A stretch of DNA of 62,961 nucleotides, filler included, from Perkinsus chesapeaki ATCC PRA-425 (GCA_013115145.1; 4 parts of 4 records of this genome joined end to end with filler, not necessarily neighbours in it); one strand, 5' to 3'. Counted from the whole stretch's first letter, positions 1 through 14,510 are shown. Translations and numbers: made by a program. Notes: generated by a model from the sequence alone, not told the origin.

Positions 1-619
1 GCAACCATCCTAACATAATGCCAGGTTCTTGTGTTGATGAAACTACTATTACGTCTCGGGATGAATTGCTACAGAGCAACTCGAGCGGAGCGAAAGAGTC
101 AAGATTCGATTATCATCCAAAAATGGATCGTAGTGTGGTTTATAATGCAACAACCGAACAGATTGGTAACTGAGAGACAGGAAAGATATATTCAAACGCT
201 GAGTGAGATTCATTTCAGGTTGTTTCGATGAATTTGATCAGGTTCTATTTTGGACCCGATTGCCGTCTCCCTATTAGAGCCGCTTTGCCGCAATCCTCGA
301 GTAGGTTTCGATGCCGTCTCCCTCGAACCTGTGATACTCCCCTGGAATTTTGTACAGTATGGCCTTGTAGGATTGTACTCGGCACTTTGTACGCTTATTA
401 CTGCAGTCGGTCATCTTACAGCATATTGTATAATACAATTCGTATGCACACTTCAGTAGTTTGCTGTTTTGCACATGTTAAGAGGTTCATGGTAAAATGA
501 TACCAAACGTACTGTCATCTAGCCTCACCTTGAGGCCATCTCGTAAATATGTTGATCGTGACCCCAAAAAGAGTTCCTGTTAGGAATCCTTTTTGGAACT
601 GTCTAATGTGGCTATATGA

Positions 620-2184
620 CGGGTTGAACTCCTCGAGAAAATAGTTGGGCAAACGCGTTCCTTCTGTGAATATTTAATATTCCCCAATTTACTATCCACT
701 CTATCAGGTAGCCAGAATTGATATAGCGGATCGACCAGGGAATACTGAGGACTCCATTGCAGCTTGGCATGCTCAGAACGCACCTTATAGCCTACCAAAA
801 GACTTGACCGATTTCTATTCCGTCACCAATGGCATTTGCATCGAATGGCGTGCAGATCTTCCAGGTTGGTTTAATACCCCATATATAGCTAATCGATGGG
901 GTCAGGAAATCCTATGTGTGGTAGGCTGCATATAAACCGTCTGGAGATGCTATCGCCTTTGGGGGAAGAAAAGACCGCTTTGCCGAGGTCGATATCGGGG
1001 AAGGACGCCTTGGCGGCTTTTTGTCTCGACTCTTACCTTCCAGACCATTACAAGGTGAGTTTCTTCCGACGAGGGAATTCTGGGGTCTATCGGGATGAAA
1101 TTTTACTATGAATACCTGCACTTCGTACTGTCGTTGAAGCGATCGTATTCTACTAATGTAAAAATAAATGTCAAGCCAATCGACCATAGCATCATATCTT
1201 GCAGTATATACAGGCCTAGGACTCAACATCCTGGAACTTCCATTTGCTTAGTCGGTGAAATTATGAAATTGCATCACTTTTCCATTTTGGACTCTCAAAA
1301 TTGACCACATGGTCTATTAGTGTCAAACACTGTATCTATCTATATTTAAACGGTTCATGGAGTGTTCTTGTCAGGCTTCAAAGAGTGATACGAAAGATAG
1401 TACAAGTAGTCGCAGTAGTCCAGGGCAAGTTGTGATGGTATATTACTCGACCGACGGAAGCCACGTTGAGGTATGGCGACATCTTGCCTCAGGAAAATAC
1501 TGTCCTAACTCCATTCGATTCCACTCAATAATACGACATATCGATTCGTACGTGGATTTGTTCCATAATGGAATATTCTTTTAATTCTAGTATCTGTCGA
1601 AGGTATTTTTAGACAACTAGGCCACTATGGATTACGTTTACGTTCCTCTGCCTTGAGATGTTCCCTTGGGGGGCCTTCACGTATGTGAATTATATACATC
1701 GTTATTGATATGATGTCTCACAAGCTGTCAAAATCAACATGTCCCATTATATGTATTATACATTGTATATCATTATCATTATGTATTATACAGCCTGCCA
1801 AACAATAATATGATTTCTAAATTTCACTCTTCTATGAAAACTTAGTACTGTGATTATAGACTATCGGACATGGACAATTATATTTCACAAATCGATCAAC
1901 CGTACAACTGTACATGCCACCGCATTGACAGGCTATAAGCACGCCGTACCTATTTTCGTTCGACGATGCGCTGTGAGTGGTATAGCTATCAACTTGATGA
2001 ATGTTGAACGCAAGCATGAGTTGTAAATTTATGATGAAATATATTTTTCTTTTGTTTGCCGTTGCAGGTGTGGTTCCACGATATCTCTGGTGCTTGGTGG
2101 TATCTGTCGCCCGATTTTACGAGGTACTTCCGACTGCTCCTAGCTAATTATGGGGTCACTGGCTGGCAATACGCCAACACTAAA
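620..2184 (+). CDS. TPGS2: Tubulin polyglutamylase complex subunit 2-like (multi-exon; ends uncertain)
   Basis: Spliced exons read VARIDIADRPGNTEDSIAAWHAQNAPYSLPKDLTDFYSVTNGICIEW / GRLHINRL / VWFHDISGAWWYLSPDFTRYFRLLLANYGVTGWQYANT. These match the recalled TPGS2 motifs (W..N...LP.D...FY..TNG; W.L...F..Y.RL....G...WQYA). GT-AG sites flank the exons. Confidence 0.75.
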
Positions 2185-2729
2185 GTAAGTGTTCGAGGTG
2201 AGGGTTCGATGCTCATTAATAAGCTTGGCGAGGTAACAATTGTGAGGCAATTCCAGGAAATCATTAATTTTTCCTTGTTAAAAGATGTATTGCCTATAAA
2301 AAATTGTAAGAGTTAAAGTTAAAATAAAAATATATAAAATTATTAAAATAATATATAGTAATATTCCTATAAAATTAAAAGATATTCAAGTACTGCTCAA
2401 TTTAGGGATACTGACGTTTTTCGTTGCGGAGACACTGTCCATCCATAACGGTGGCCTTTCCCTGTCTCCGTGAGTGAGAGTAATTTCGTTCTTATCAGCC
2501 GCCTCTTGTTCAGGCTGGTATGGATCCTATAACACGATCGATAATGCTTGTCTTTAACCCTCAACGAGTTAAACTCTATCATACCAGCAAGCATGAATTT
2601 TTTCCGTGAACAAGGTCCGTTGCATTGAGTCAGTTCGAGGTGCGTGGATATTCGGAACTTCTCAGTCTATTAAATTTTATCTGAGCTGTCCCTCGAATGC
2701 TAAAATCACTTCCCTACATTAACAACCTG

Positions 2730-4700
2730 TTATATAGAGATGCTCTAATAGTCTCTCAATCCGTTGTCTCGGCAGTGTTGGTGGTAGCAGCACTTCTTAC
2801 TGCCTTCTGGGTCAACAAGGCAAAGAGTGCAATACCTTATACGGAGATACTTACGGAAACAGAGGAAGGCAGGCTGGAGGTCGAGGTACGGCTGGAACGT
2901 GTATCGGTGACAAAATTTTGTTGAAATTTTGGAAACCCGGTTTTCTGGGTAGTCATTTATCAAAGAATAGCTTGTCCTACTTCAAGCGAGGCAGCAGTCT
3001 AGCACATCTTCGAGTAAAGCTTCTATTGAATAGGCCATCTACACACGTTGGCGACTGAACGAAGTTTTGCGGGAAATCTTCGAAAATTTTCTTTCATTTT
3101 CCAGAAAAAAGTTCCTGTTGATTCCTGCGCTTCTCAAGGCTCTACTGGTGGTCATACCTCCACTGTAGCCGACAGACTGATAGCTCATGTAGGATGCGTA
3201 GATGCTGGAAGACAGTCCCTGCTTGGACTCGTCTAAGTTCTATAAACTTGCGAAGAATCCAACTTGTCGTTTGTCAGGCCTCGTCGTCTAGTTCATCGGA
3301 GGGGGCTCCTGCTACTACTGCCGCCGCCGAGGGGAACTTTACTATTCGTGTAGCAAATGGTGTATTGAATTTATTAGTGTTGGTGCTCTGGTATTGGTCT
3401 ACTGTGATCTCTATTGGATCGAGTAAATCTCATCTTATGTAAGTAAGGGGACAATCTCCTCAGGAGATGGTGTTAGTGTAGCATATCGGTAACTTATTGA
3501 CGGTAAGGTATCATGAAACGGTCAGAAGATACTTTCTTCAATGAGGCTAATGATGGTATAGTAGGTTTACAATATAACCCTTCGTAGACTCTAACAGGAG
3601 AGCTCGATTGATATATGAAAGTTTCATAATGAGTTCTCCATTAAAGGCCGCCTGAGCAAGTCTCCACTCTTCTATCGATCCTCTACCAATACCGTGAATA
3701 ATACATTGGATTGCCTATATGCCTTGAGGGAATTCCGAAAAACCGCGGCGCTATCGTTTTAATAATTAAAAGAGGAAATCCCTCAGTTGGCCACCGCGTA
3801 GGGAACCTGTTTACAGCGGAACGTTTGGATGGATTAGATAGTGTCACCAATGTGTACTACCAAGCGCCCTCTGTCAGGTGGAGCCTCTTCGGTCTCATTG
3901 CCGTGTACATGGCCATAGCGGTAGCTGTAAAGGTTATCCATTTAAGTGACCACTCCATCAAGGAGCTCAACAAAACTCTGCGGTGCCAGGCTGGTCTTGG
4001 AATATGGTCAGTTGCTGTCACGTGTTCATACCTACTTGAAGAATTTAATAGTATGAGCAGCCCATGACGGGCTTCATCCACGCTCTGAAAGGACTTAGAT
4101 CTTTCGGAAATCCCACAGGTTGCTGAGGTGAAAATATTCTTGATAGTGTTGCGTCAATACACAGTAGCCGATAAGATGGAGATGAAGCCCAGTTTAAATC
4201 GCGGATGCTGTATACTAATAAGTGTGGCAGATAGCAAGTCAGTTAATGCTCAGAGTGCGTAGAGTCGATGCTTGGAGACACTATCCGGTGATGTCTTACC
4301 AAAGGACTCCTTTTGGGAATCATATATCAATATTTGAAAGAATTAGGAGTTATTATGTGCCTTAATAACACCGCGAGCATTTCACTATATTTTTGAAGCT
4401 GCCAAAACTAAGTTTTATATCAATGCTTAGGAGTATTATATCAGCGTTAAGCAGGCTCATATTGATGATCATTGTTTGGTGATTCTTGTGTGGTTTTGTC
4501 AGTTACATTATACAACTGCCTACCATGTGGGCTTATCACTCCGAAGTGTGGCTCAGCATGATTGTCTCAGCGATGGTGCTTGTAAGGTGAATTCTTCAAC
4601 ATCCTGTAACCTCTTATCAGTTACTATTACTTGACTTTAACACGGCAACGTCGATCCTGCTGGTTAGAGCTGGATTATATGCTTTGCTTATTGCTGGGGT
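2730..4700 (+). CDS. Putative multi-pass membrane protein (fragmentary model)
   Basis: Several hydrophobic exon-like segments ending at GT sites (VVSAVLVVAALLTAFW; WSLFGLIAVYMAIAVAVK; LVRAGLYALLIAG). No family recognised. Confidence 0.3.
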
Positions 4701-5385
4701 GAGTCGTGGCGAAGGCGTGGCGACTTTGTGCCTTGAAGTCGACCCCGAAATACCTGCTCAAAAACCGAAAGCCGGTGATATGACTTATTCGAAATGATGG
4801 AAGTATGTTAGTCGTACTGGGGCAGTACGATGCAGTGCTGCGGTGCAGCACCGCAAATGAAGGACGAGACTCTCCAGTAGTTATTGTATCACGCGCTTAA
4901 GGTCTCTCCTGCGAGGTCAATCGGAGATGTTAGGGACCCGGGTGGCCAGGGTGATCAAGGATTGGCCGATCAAGATCATGACGGCGGTGCAGTGCCACTG
5001 CCTCTGTGGCAGTGGACGCGCACGGTATATTACGGCCGCGCTGAGTAGCATATCCCGCGCACCACATATTTTTCAGTTTCGAAATCCTGAATCTATCGAC
5101 AAGCCAGTGAGATAATTGCAACTTTCCCACGTTTTACGCGAGATTCTTCTTGGCCCATCCCTCCGCTCCCGGGAAACACGGTCATCTTAACAGAACTCTC
5201 CATGCATGAGCAGCATTTTCTGTAATGACTGAAAAAGAAACTTCCGCGACTCCGGGAAGTGAACAGGGAATCGATATAATAGTTTCGAATAAAGTTGATA
5301 CAACTAAATACTACACTATTAATAAATAATACTTTCTAAATTTTCGAATAAGTCGTTGTATGTTAGAGCAGGCGATTCTGCCCTA

Positions 5386-8300
5386 ATGAACTTTTCATCC
5401 TCCAGAAAGGCGTTTCGGCTCGTTTCGCCCTTCTGGCATAATCCATAGTAGGAGCTTACCTTAAATTATGTATTATTCAACACCCTGCACAAGTGCAGGC
5501 GCTGCCCTCAGCTTTATAAGCGGATCTCTTTGCTCGTCTTTCAGATGATTACCCTTTCGCTACAGGACTCCTGCATAGCCATTTTTGCTACAGTTGATCA
5601 GGGGATAGGCGTCAATCTCGTTGGAACTCCAGTAAGAATCTTTTATAGTGCGCACTGTCTACGTAATTGCGTCGGGACTTGGTTTTACCAAAATCATTCA
5701 GGCCACAATGGACGGTCGAACAATTGATAATTTCCAAACTGCTACATGACTGATATGACAGTGTATCAAGGTGAATCACTCTGACTCAACCAGACACCCC
5801 ATTCGGAAGTTCGTTCTGTCGTTACTAGGTGGTGTGAGTTTTGTGAGAATATCCTTCCCAGTGCGGTACGCAACTCTTCTTCTAGAAAGGTTTCGGAGGT
5901 CCCCGAGCACTGTGTTGCAGATCCTAGTTGTTCCTCCTGTCAGGTGGAGTGGTCGGCTAATTTCCAGTGGTCTTCCAGCTTCACTAGAGCCCTAACTTTC
6001 CACCGTATCCCATGTCAACGAGGTGATGTCGCTCCCTGTCACATCTACCTCACCGCGGCGAGAAACCTGTCGAGTGAGATGATCATCAACGTAAGGAGGC
6101 ATCTGCGGCGGAGGAGGAGACTTGGCAATATCTTGCTGTTCGTGCAGGCCAGTTTTTGACTTAGGCACATTTCTCCTACTCCGACACGAGGAAAGTGGAG
6201 TTCGTCTATCGCGACTCATCTGATGGTGTTGAGCATCGGGAGGGGTCTCAACATTTCTGGGTATCTCGGGAGGACCTGTTTTACAGTTTCGCCACGAAAA
6301 TACCCTCAAAACCTCTGGTGGAATTTTTCATCCCGTCACGTTGTAATAAAACTATATCTAGTTGCTAGATTACTATTATTATTCATATCGCATATAGCGA
6401 ATGTGTATGCACCTCGCGTTTATCGGGGCAATTGTCGGATTTGTTCTGGGTCATCAACCGACGGTAGACATATATGTGATCGCAGTTTCTTGAATCGCAT
6501 CATCCTCCTCCTCGTTGGCAGGTCCCCGTCGGTCCAACCCGCGATATGCATGTGATGTATCTTAGTGATCTCCCACCAGGAGCGGTGATTGAATTCTGGA
6601 TAGTTGCCGATGGAGAAGTTGTCAGCGATGTACGGCGATTCCGAACAGCCCCTGTGACTGGTGGGTTCGGGGACCGAGGACAGACACCGGTATATAATAA
6701 GGAAGACATATCAAGAAAATTAACGACTGGAATAACGAAACATCACGGGGATTGTATCGTATATACGAGAGTCCCATTCTGGGATCTCGTTTAAGTTGTA
6801 GAGGAACGCGAAAGGGCCTCAATTTAGGAGTAGATATATTCGACTTGTCCTTTTTTCACTGGCGACAAAACTGTGGAAAGGGCGGTTGACACGAAATGTG
6901 TTGAAAAGGGATGACCACGAGACTCGCGTTCTGTGTCGTCGTTCGCTTGTTTTCATATATCTAGATGACACTGACTGTTGTACCCAGCTTTCCATCAAAA
7001 GTCCACGACACGATGGATCAACATTATTGATCTACTGCAGTACAGTTTAGGACAGCACCGCTTGGGCAGAATCGGTTAGGTAAAATCCTGTCCCGAGTCG
7101 CCCCCTTATAGGTGAGGTCACTATAGCCGTTGGAGGCGATGCAGGAGCAAACGATCTTGGCCAGCACGTCAGTGAGCAGATGGCAAGATACTCTCCCTAT
7201 GCTGCCGTAGGCCCTCCTCGTCCTCGTGCGTCGCTCCGCCGTTTTCCGCAGTTTTCATCATTTAGGTTTTTGCCGGAGATGTCAGCTATGATAACTCGCT
7301 TATCGGATGTGCATGCATTTGGGATAAATTCTTGACGAGTTGGGACAAAATAAGGGTGAAGCCGAAAGACGAGAACTTTGACGATGAGAAGGAGGAGGGG
7401 TTTATGATACCTCTTATTTTTACCACGGGCAACCACGATCTCGGTGTTAATGTAGGCAGAGTGTCATCTACCAGCCTGTTCCTAATGCGGAGAATATTAT
7501 CTTCTCCGCACCTGGAAATTTTTCAAGTTCAATTTTGTATATAATATGTTCCTAGATAACTAGAAGAAAATATTAGATACTTCTTTTTAAGCATATGCCT
7601 AACCTGATTTTCTGATATTCCCCCTGTCATCTAATCAATCTAAATAGGCATAGAGCTAGCCTAGCGTTTAGTCTCCTTTTCGCCCAAGGAACGCATTTGC
7701 AGCAAATGATTTGCCCTAAAATCACCCTGTTAGAAACACTCCTCGGGCGGCCTCGAGAAGGGCGTTTCCTTGGAGCTCGATAAATTATTGGAGCAGCTGA
7801 GTTGGCTGCTGCTTTCTCTGGAAAAACATGCACTTCGCTGCATTAATGATAAGAAACTTGCCACGCGCCAAGCTTGCATTCGAATTGTATTCCGTCATTC
7901 GCTAGCTTTGGTTAGTCAGCCCGACTTGCTTCATTCTTCTGAAACTGCTCATGATCTTCACGTTTGGTTTTCAGGAGAAGCCCAAAAGCGAGAGGTATCC
8001 TAGTCACGAATGCAACATGTAAATGTCAGAAAACAATCGACGAGGGAGAGTATCTTTTAGGGGCGTCTTGAGCAAGATTCGACCTCTCTTTTATGGATAT
8101 TTTGCATTTGAAGCACCTAACGGAAAGGTGCCCAGAATTTGTGATAGATCACACAGCCATGTAAGTCTTACTGATTGCCTCTCAGCATTGGATATCTATC
8201 TGTCCCCCCCAATAGAGCTCTACATAGTTATCGCAATAAATCGTCCGGATTTGGGGAAGCTCCTCAGAAATTCGTCTTCCTGCGACGCGTGGCGCGATAG

Positions 8301-9925
8301 CTCTCGCACACCCCTACAGCGTGTGTGGGCCCCTCTGTGCATAACTGCTATAATACAGCTTTTATGCTGGAAAAGCATCGCAATCTGTTTTGCCTTTCCC
8401 TCAGGTACATTTGATCGGCGATTCCACAGTGTTATGGGCCCTAGATTCAGATTATGCCCTACCTGCTCTTGATACTCGGGATTGGCTTCGTTCCACCCTA
8501 GCTGATATCAACTACCCAACAGAGCGACCGCTAAGGCATTTAGCAGCCTATCACGTAAGCAGCATTCGCGCAGGTTGCACCTCTTTATGAAGCCGCCTTT
8601 TGCCGGGCGGGATGCCTCGAAGGTGCTCGCGATCTATTCCACAGACGACAATGTTGGAGTACATCTTGCATCGAACTTATAACGCGACCCCTCGGAATTG
8701 TTCTGAGTCCTGATTTCTCGATAAATGATCCAGAAATCAGTCTGTCCTTTTCCAAAAGAGCTTGTCATCCGGAGCATGTGGCGAATTCATTGAATCTTCT
8801 TGTTGGAGCTTCAAGTAACCCTCAAGTTGCTGCCATCTTCATTTGTCGAATTCGGTCTACGTTTTTTGAAAAGGCGAATTTGTAAATGAATACGAAATGA
8901 AAGCGCCAATCGGATTGATTTGCCAATCTTACGGGGCGTACACAAAAACGAGCAGAAATCGAGTCAGTGACGAGACTTGTGCGATGGGCACAAGTAACAG
9001 CCCGCTCAGTGATCGGTTCGTAACCACCAACAGCATTAGCTGATGCCTTTAGAGGCTATAAAGTTTATATCCCTCATTGTTCTTACGCTCAGTTGCCAAT
9101 GTATCCAAGTCTACGTGATGAAGCAGCTTGGAAACAGGGCGCACGTTTGAGGGAAGTTTGGGAGGATGAGTTTGCAAAGTATGTTCGACACATTGATAGG
9201 ACTGTGATACTCCAATTCGACAAAATGAATCAGCACGCATGCGTAACGCCAATTCTACACTCGTAACTCATGTCATCTCTTGAGAGATGCATGTCAATCG
9301 CTACTGTGACTTCGGGCAGCAGGCGACGCATTTGTGGGAAAACGGTACCCAACAGGACCTGCTTCATGCGGTCAAAGCATCCTGTTTTATGACCCCGCGA
9401 GTGTTTGCCTTGCATATCATTCATTAGATATCTTTCAAAGAAAGTACCACATTTCCAACTGTCCGTGTTGGACCATTAGAATATTTAATGAATGGTATCA
9501 TCCCTTTGCACTGCACATTCAGGCTTGGTCTGAAAGCAGCTTTCGAGCATCACGTTCACTCCTTCAAGCGAACAAAGCCGTTGCTCAGAGGTCAACCGAT
9601 CGATGCGGCATCTGGCAATGGGTCAGGAACCGTGTATGCTCGCAGCTGCATTTGGACCGGGATTTTTTACGGTGTGTGCAGATTCGTCGGTGATGGGAAA
9701 TGGGGAGTGTTGCCACGCGACAGCCCAGGTGAAGATATACTTGTGAAGGAGGACAGTCGATTCGCCAAGCTCGGTAGCGGAGCTCTTGCAAGATATTTCT
9801 TGCCCACTTGTTCAGGTACTCACAACCACGTGTGGATCGCCAAAATCGATTTGGCGGCAGAAGGAAAAATAACCCTCATCGCAGTGAATGAGGACGGCGT
9901 TGAAGTGGACATTGTCAGTATCTGA
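5386..9925 (+). CDS. Purple acid phosphatase-like metallophosphoesterase with FN3-like N-domain (multi-exon)
   Basis: Motifs appear in the expected order: PCHIYLT..N.S.EMIIN; HVMYLSDLPPG..SDVRRFRTAP; VGGDAG; TTGNHD; LDSD..DWLRSTL..AAYH|LPMYPS; AFEHHVHSFKRT; VGDGKWG. Start codon is approximate. Confidence 0.8.
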
Positions 9926-10399
9926 TTTTTACTCAACATTCCATTTTCCTTCGTTCTCGGAAGCAATAGATTCCTCTATACTTGGGATTCATTTTTATCG
10001 ACGTTGAGCTCTGGCTTGTGTTGGTCAGTATTCGTCATCCGGTGCCGTCGCATGGCGACATCTCAGCGACTCACCGGGTGAGCAGGAAACTACTCGAGCC
10101 TGAATAACCATACATCGATAGTGCTTCATAACCCCACTTGAAGGTAGTAAACTCTGATGAGTTTTATCAATGAGATGCAAGATCAGTGCATGGAGGTTGA
10201 ATCGTAAGAGCGCGGAAAACCGTTGCTGAAGCGAGAGCAACTTATTGGTCGACAGTGTCGACCCGACACACTGGAGTTGCAGTGCAAATTGCACAGCGCC
10301 GTTTCAACGGTTCCTCGCTGTTTTTCGCGAGATGTACCTAGATGCAAAACGCTTTATTGTGCAATGTGTGCAGAGTTTGCGAGGAATATCACTGCTCAA

Positions 10400-11390
10400 C
10401 GCAGCTGGGCCTTGGGTGCCACCCTGGGTGAAACAAGGTCACAAACCATCAGAGTACTACAAGCTCTGTAGTACAGAGTAACACCAACAGCTCTGTTGTT
10501 GGTGTTACTCTGTACATGTTCAACAATGTTGAACAACACAGCGCTTGTGGTAATGAAAATACCACCAGCTTTACCAGAGTTGTACCGTGGACTCCACGGC
10601 GTGGATTTTGCTCTTTGAGGTTTTTGGAATAGCGCTAGAACCGGGTTTCCAGTCTGCTTCTGGAAGCCCCCGAGGACGTGACATAGTAGCCGCGCATATC
10701 GGGCAAGCGGGAATGAGTACAGAAGAGAATGGGGCTCGTACCACTTCAGCAAGGCTCACTCGAATATGCCTACGCAGAACTCGTGCTTACGCAAATCTGT
10801 TAATATCATAGTGTAAGGCGGGGCATGGCAAGTTGCGATCCACAATCTGTTGTGTTGTGTTAGTACAGACGAACGCCAGAGAAGAACGAAGAGAGGCTTC
10901 TTACATAGTGTGTTTCCACAAGGGAATTAGCTCTGCACGCATGTATGAATGTTGCTCGTTCTTCGTGCATATTGGTAAAGACAAAGCGAGAAGCGGATTA
11001 ACAAAGACTTCTTACTTGGCACACTTTTGCAAGGAGAACTGGCTGACTCAGCCAGCTCAGCCAGGCTGAGCACGTATGAGCACGTATGTGCAACGGAGCT
11101 GGCGGCTCACAATGGATAACACAACCAGGAGAACTAAGGAGATGCCGCTTAATCCTCGAAGCCTAAGATCTAGTTCTAGAAGCTGAAACGAAGATAGAGC
11201 ACTAAAAAACACGAGTGATAACAAAACAATGGCAGAAAAGTTTCTGGCAGCATCAATATCCTGAGACAGCATGGAAGAATTGACAATATAGAGGTGAAAA
11301 ATAAAGGAGTTGGGGTGAGCAGAGCAATCAAAAAGCGAAAGATGAGAAGCCTAATAAGGACAGCAGGTATAAAGTGTACCACGTTTTCAT
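10400..11390 (-). CDS. Hypothetical multi-exon protein with hydrophobic N-terminal segments
   Basis: Short GT-AG-bounded open segments (NMHEERATFIHACRANSLVETHY; IVDRNLPCPALHYDINRFA). No family recognised. Confidence 0.3.
10471..10515. repeat. Perfect 18-bp inverted repeat with 9-nt loop
   Basis: GTACAGAGTAACACCAAC-agctctgtt-GTTGGTGTTACTCTGTAC. Confidence 0.9.
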
Positions 11391-11816
11391 TCCTATGGTA
11401 TAGTTATACCGTATAACTATCAACGAAGAGTAGAACCAGGTTTTACTCGAGCTGACGGCTCTGCAGTCGGCACTTCACAGTGATACGGTCTTGTGGCAGT
11501 GCCACAGTGGCACAACCTAGAGTATTTACCATAAAACACGACGTTACTGTGATTTATATGAAAAATGGGCCCTTTGAGTGACTCCTTGTCTTAAATACCA
11601 TCTCTTTAAGGCCTTAGTCTAAGGCTACTACACATAGCTACTGATGAACCGTTAACCCTGGTATTGAGTTAGACCATGGTTAAAATGCAGTCGTACCGTA
11701 TAACTTTGAACAATAATAAAAGTGAGGGCAGATAGGCAGACAGCATCAGGAGGGGAAAAAGAGGGGCAAAGAGGAGCCCGGAATCAGGATAGGGGTTTTG
11801 AACGATTCCGGCGACA

Positions 11817-12239
11817 TCAGCACTTGCCTTTCTTCAGTATTACCACATCGCCATCAAAGTCCACAAACAGAGTTTCATAGTTGTCACCGGTAAAAAGTGG
11901 GCTGAGGTCTCCATAAGGAGCTCGGATCAGGCCACAATCTTGGTATACATTCGCCACATAACCGACAAGATCCTTCTGGCTTTCAGATGCGATCACAAAT
12001 TGGTGGTGGAGGTATTTCCTGTCATATTCCAATCCAGGCGAACCGACCAGTCGACCACTGCAGTGAACGGCCAACTCGACTTCCAACGAGAGCTCAGTTA
12101 AGTTCCCAACAAAGCTGATTTGTAAGCATTGCTGGTGCGTATAGGTATATCCCACATAGGTTCTGGTTACGCATGTTGCAGACCACAGTATGGATAGCAG
12201 AACCATCACGCCTAGAATCATATTATTGTTGTTGAACAT
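11817..12239 (-). CDS. Small secreted hypothetical protein (140 aa, single exon)
   Basis: ATG-started ORF with signal-peptide-like MILGVMVLLSILWSATC and a beta-rich, Cys-containing body. Confidence 0.6.
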   Translation of the reverse strand: MFNNNNMILGVMVLLSILWSATCVTRTYVGYTYTHQQCLQISFVGNLTELSLEVELAVHCSGRLVGSPGLEYDRKYLHHQFVIASESQKDLVGYVANVYQDCGLIRAPYGDLSPLFTGDNYETLFVDFDGDVVILKKGKC

Positions 12240-12675
12240 TATGATGTAGGTAGGGTCGAATGGGGTCGAATATCAGATATGGGGGGCGAAACAACTAAGT
12301 TAAAAATGTAAAACCTAATCCTTCGATCAGTCTCAGCCTCCAAAATATGGAGTCCATATGCACGCGTGCTGCAAAAGCGCAATGCGCTTAGCGCATGCGT
12401 GCATTGCCAAGGTGGCGCTATGGCCACCGCTTTGTCTTTGCTGACTCTGAGTATTTTCAGAAGGTGATAGCTTACCAAGTGTAGCATAGGCTCTACTCAT
12501 GATAGTTACGAATGCTGACGTCTCATTACTGACCTAATAAGAGAGGGAATTAACAGGAAGATTGCATAACTTCGCCGTGTTCAGTAGAAAATTTGACCTA
12601 CGCCCCGGAGCGACTCCTTTGCAGTCTATGGCGCTCATAGTGTGGTAGGAGGCTCCTGTATTCCTTCTAGTGGTA

Positions 12676-12930
12676 GGTCACTTCTATCCCTCCAGCGATC
12701 CCAACAGTAAAGGCTACATAACTTCTTTGGTACCTTTGTGCTTCTCCCTCGTCAACTCGGAGAACAAAGCAGCGATAAAGAATGTGTTTACTGCTGTTCG
12801 ATACCTTTTCGGTCAACCGGTAACCTTACTGAGGTGTGCTCGATAGTATGCGACGCTAATAGGGCAGCTATTCAAACTGCAAGGGAGGTTTTCTCCACAG
12901 ATGTTGATATCACTTCATTTGCGAGTGATC
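12676..12930 (+). mobile_element. Degenerate MULE (Mutator-like) transposase fragment
   Basis: One frame reads LVPLCFSLVNSENKAAIKNVFTAVRYLFGQP; a shifted frame reads VCSIVCDANRAAIQTAREVF. This resembles the MULE catalytic core (PlafalvxxE...ivtD...Ai..A...vF) with a frameshift. No TIRs found. Confidence 0.5.
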
Positions 12931-14326
12931 CGGGTGAGAAAGTCCCTCTAGTCCATCGGTGCCGCTTCATCTGAAATGAATAGCACCTCCACAAGAGTTG
13001 ACATCAACCGAGCTCGTTTGAATAGTGGGAAGCAAGTCCAAGATTTCCTCGTAAGCCAGTGCAACAGTGTAGATGCGGTGCGCGCCAACGCCATGTTCAC
13101 GGTTAATTCTACCACTCGACTACTGTCACCCACTCCCCAGTCGGTCTCGGAAGCCAGACAAAGGGGTTCTGCCGATGCCTACGTGTTCTGCGTGGGGGAG
13201 AAGTATTTCATTTCCGACAAAAGGAGACGATCCAGACGACTAGCGCTCTGACCCCGTGAGGTTCGTCTTGAGAAGGCAACGAATTTCAAGAGTTCGCACT
13301 CCTAGCATGACCCACTCATGCTACCATGCCTGTGTACAATTGACTCAAAACACAACGACTCCCAAGTTACAACACTGCAAACTTCATCTCTAACACTAAA
13401 TGTATCCAGTTTCAAACATACCAACAGGTTGTATTTTTCATTCCGAAAAATACGAAAAATAGAAAAAAATAGGAAATCATCGGAATTTCAGAGGAACAAT
13501 AGACATTTCTTTCTTTAGGAGGAATAAAAACCATTTCCAGATGAAGAAATAAACAACCGGCTACCCAGTTTATTAATGAAATTATCCTAAAACCAGAAAA
13601 TCAGACTCCGAAGATACTAAATGCGTATTCAACAACCATGTATAGTATAAATTGTATACTGGAGTTCGTGTCTTATACTGTTCTCACTGTGCACGGCTCC
13701 CTCGGCCAACCGTGCCAATCAGCGTCGGGCCTGTAATTGCATAATGCGTTGAACAATTCCATCAGCTTGATTTCCTCGAAGTTGCCAGAGCATGTTGTGT
13801 CGTCGCGTATGTGTGTCGTGTATTACTTTAATAAGTTATTACATTTGTTTGTTAATAAGTTATTAATAATAACACAGTTGAACATGTGTGGAAACCAAGG
13901 AAGGTACGGGTATTGTCAAGAAAATCTACATTTATACTAAATGAGGATTATTAACCCATACCTTGGTGTGCTGAGATGGAGTCAACCATACATCACCTTC
14001 ACCTAACTCGCAGGATTCACAATTTATCAGAGAGTAATTTGTAGGTCTCGGAATGGTGACAATGACTGTCAGGATTATCCTTATATTAGCTATTTTCGAA
14101 CAAGACGACTAAATGTACTATATCACATAGTCCTCCAACTGCTCTATGAATAGTAGTACTTCTGAAGACCGAGGAAGCCTCTGTTGTGTTGATCGAGCAC
14201 ATAGTGACGAGGAAATGTCTCAACTCATTACGGAGTGGAAAAGCGTTCTAGTCTAGAACTTCTAGACTAGAACTTGTAGTCTAGCTTGGTGTCACATCGA
14301 AATTGGGTCTGCGGGAGAACTCCTCC

Positions 14327-14510
14327 CACGTGTGGATCACTTAAATCGACGTGGCGGCAGAATAGAATATTACTCTCAACGTAGTGAATGTGGACGGCGT
14401 CGAAATGGACACTGTCAGTATCTTATCTTTACTCGGCAATCCAGTTTCCCTTCGGTTCTCAGAAAAGACAGATTTCTTCGTTCTTGAGGTTTATTCTCAT
14501 CACGAGAAAC
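14327..14510 (+). pseudogene. Decayed copy of the last exon and downstream region of the phosphatase gene (source 9827-10010)
   Basis: CACGTGTGGATC...GGACGGCGTCGAAATGGACACTGTCAGTATC aligns with 9827-9925 at an offset of 4500 nt. It has in-frame TAA and TAG. Confidence 0.8.

Noticed and set aside
2185-2215. Weak GTTCGANNC motifs near 5' splice sites (2204; also 9184, 33973, 54552)
   Set aside because: Only a short core matches, with no supporting tRNA geometry; this frequency is expected by chance.
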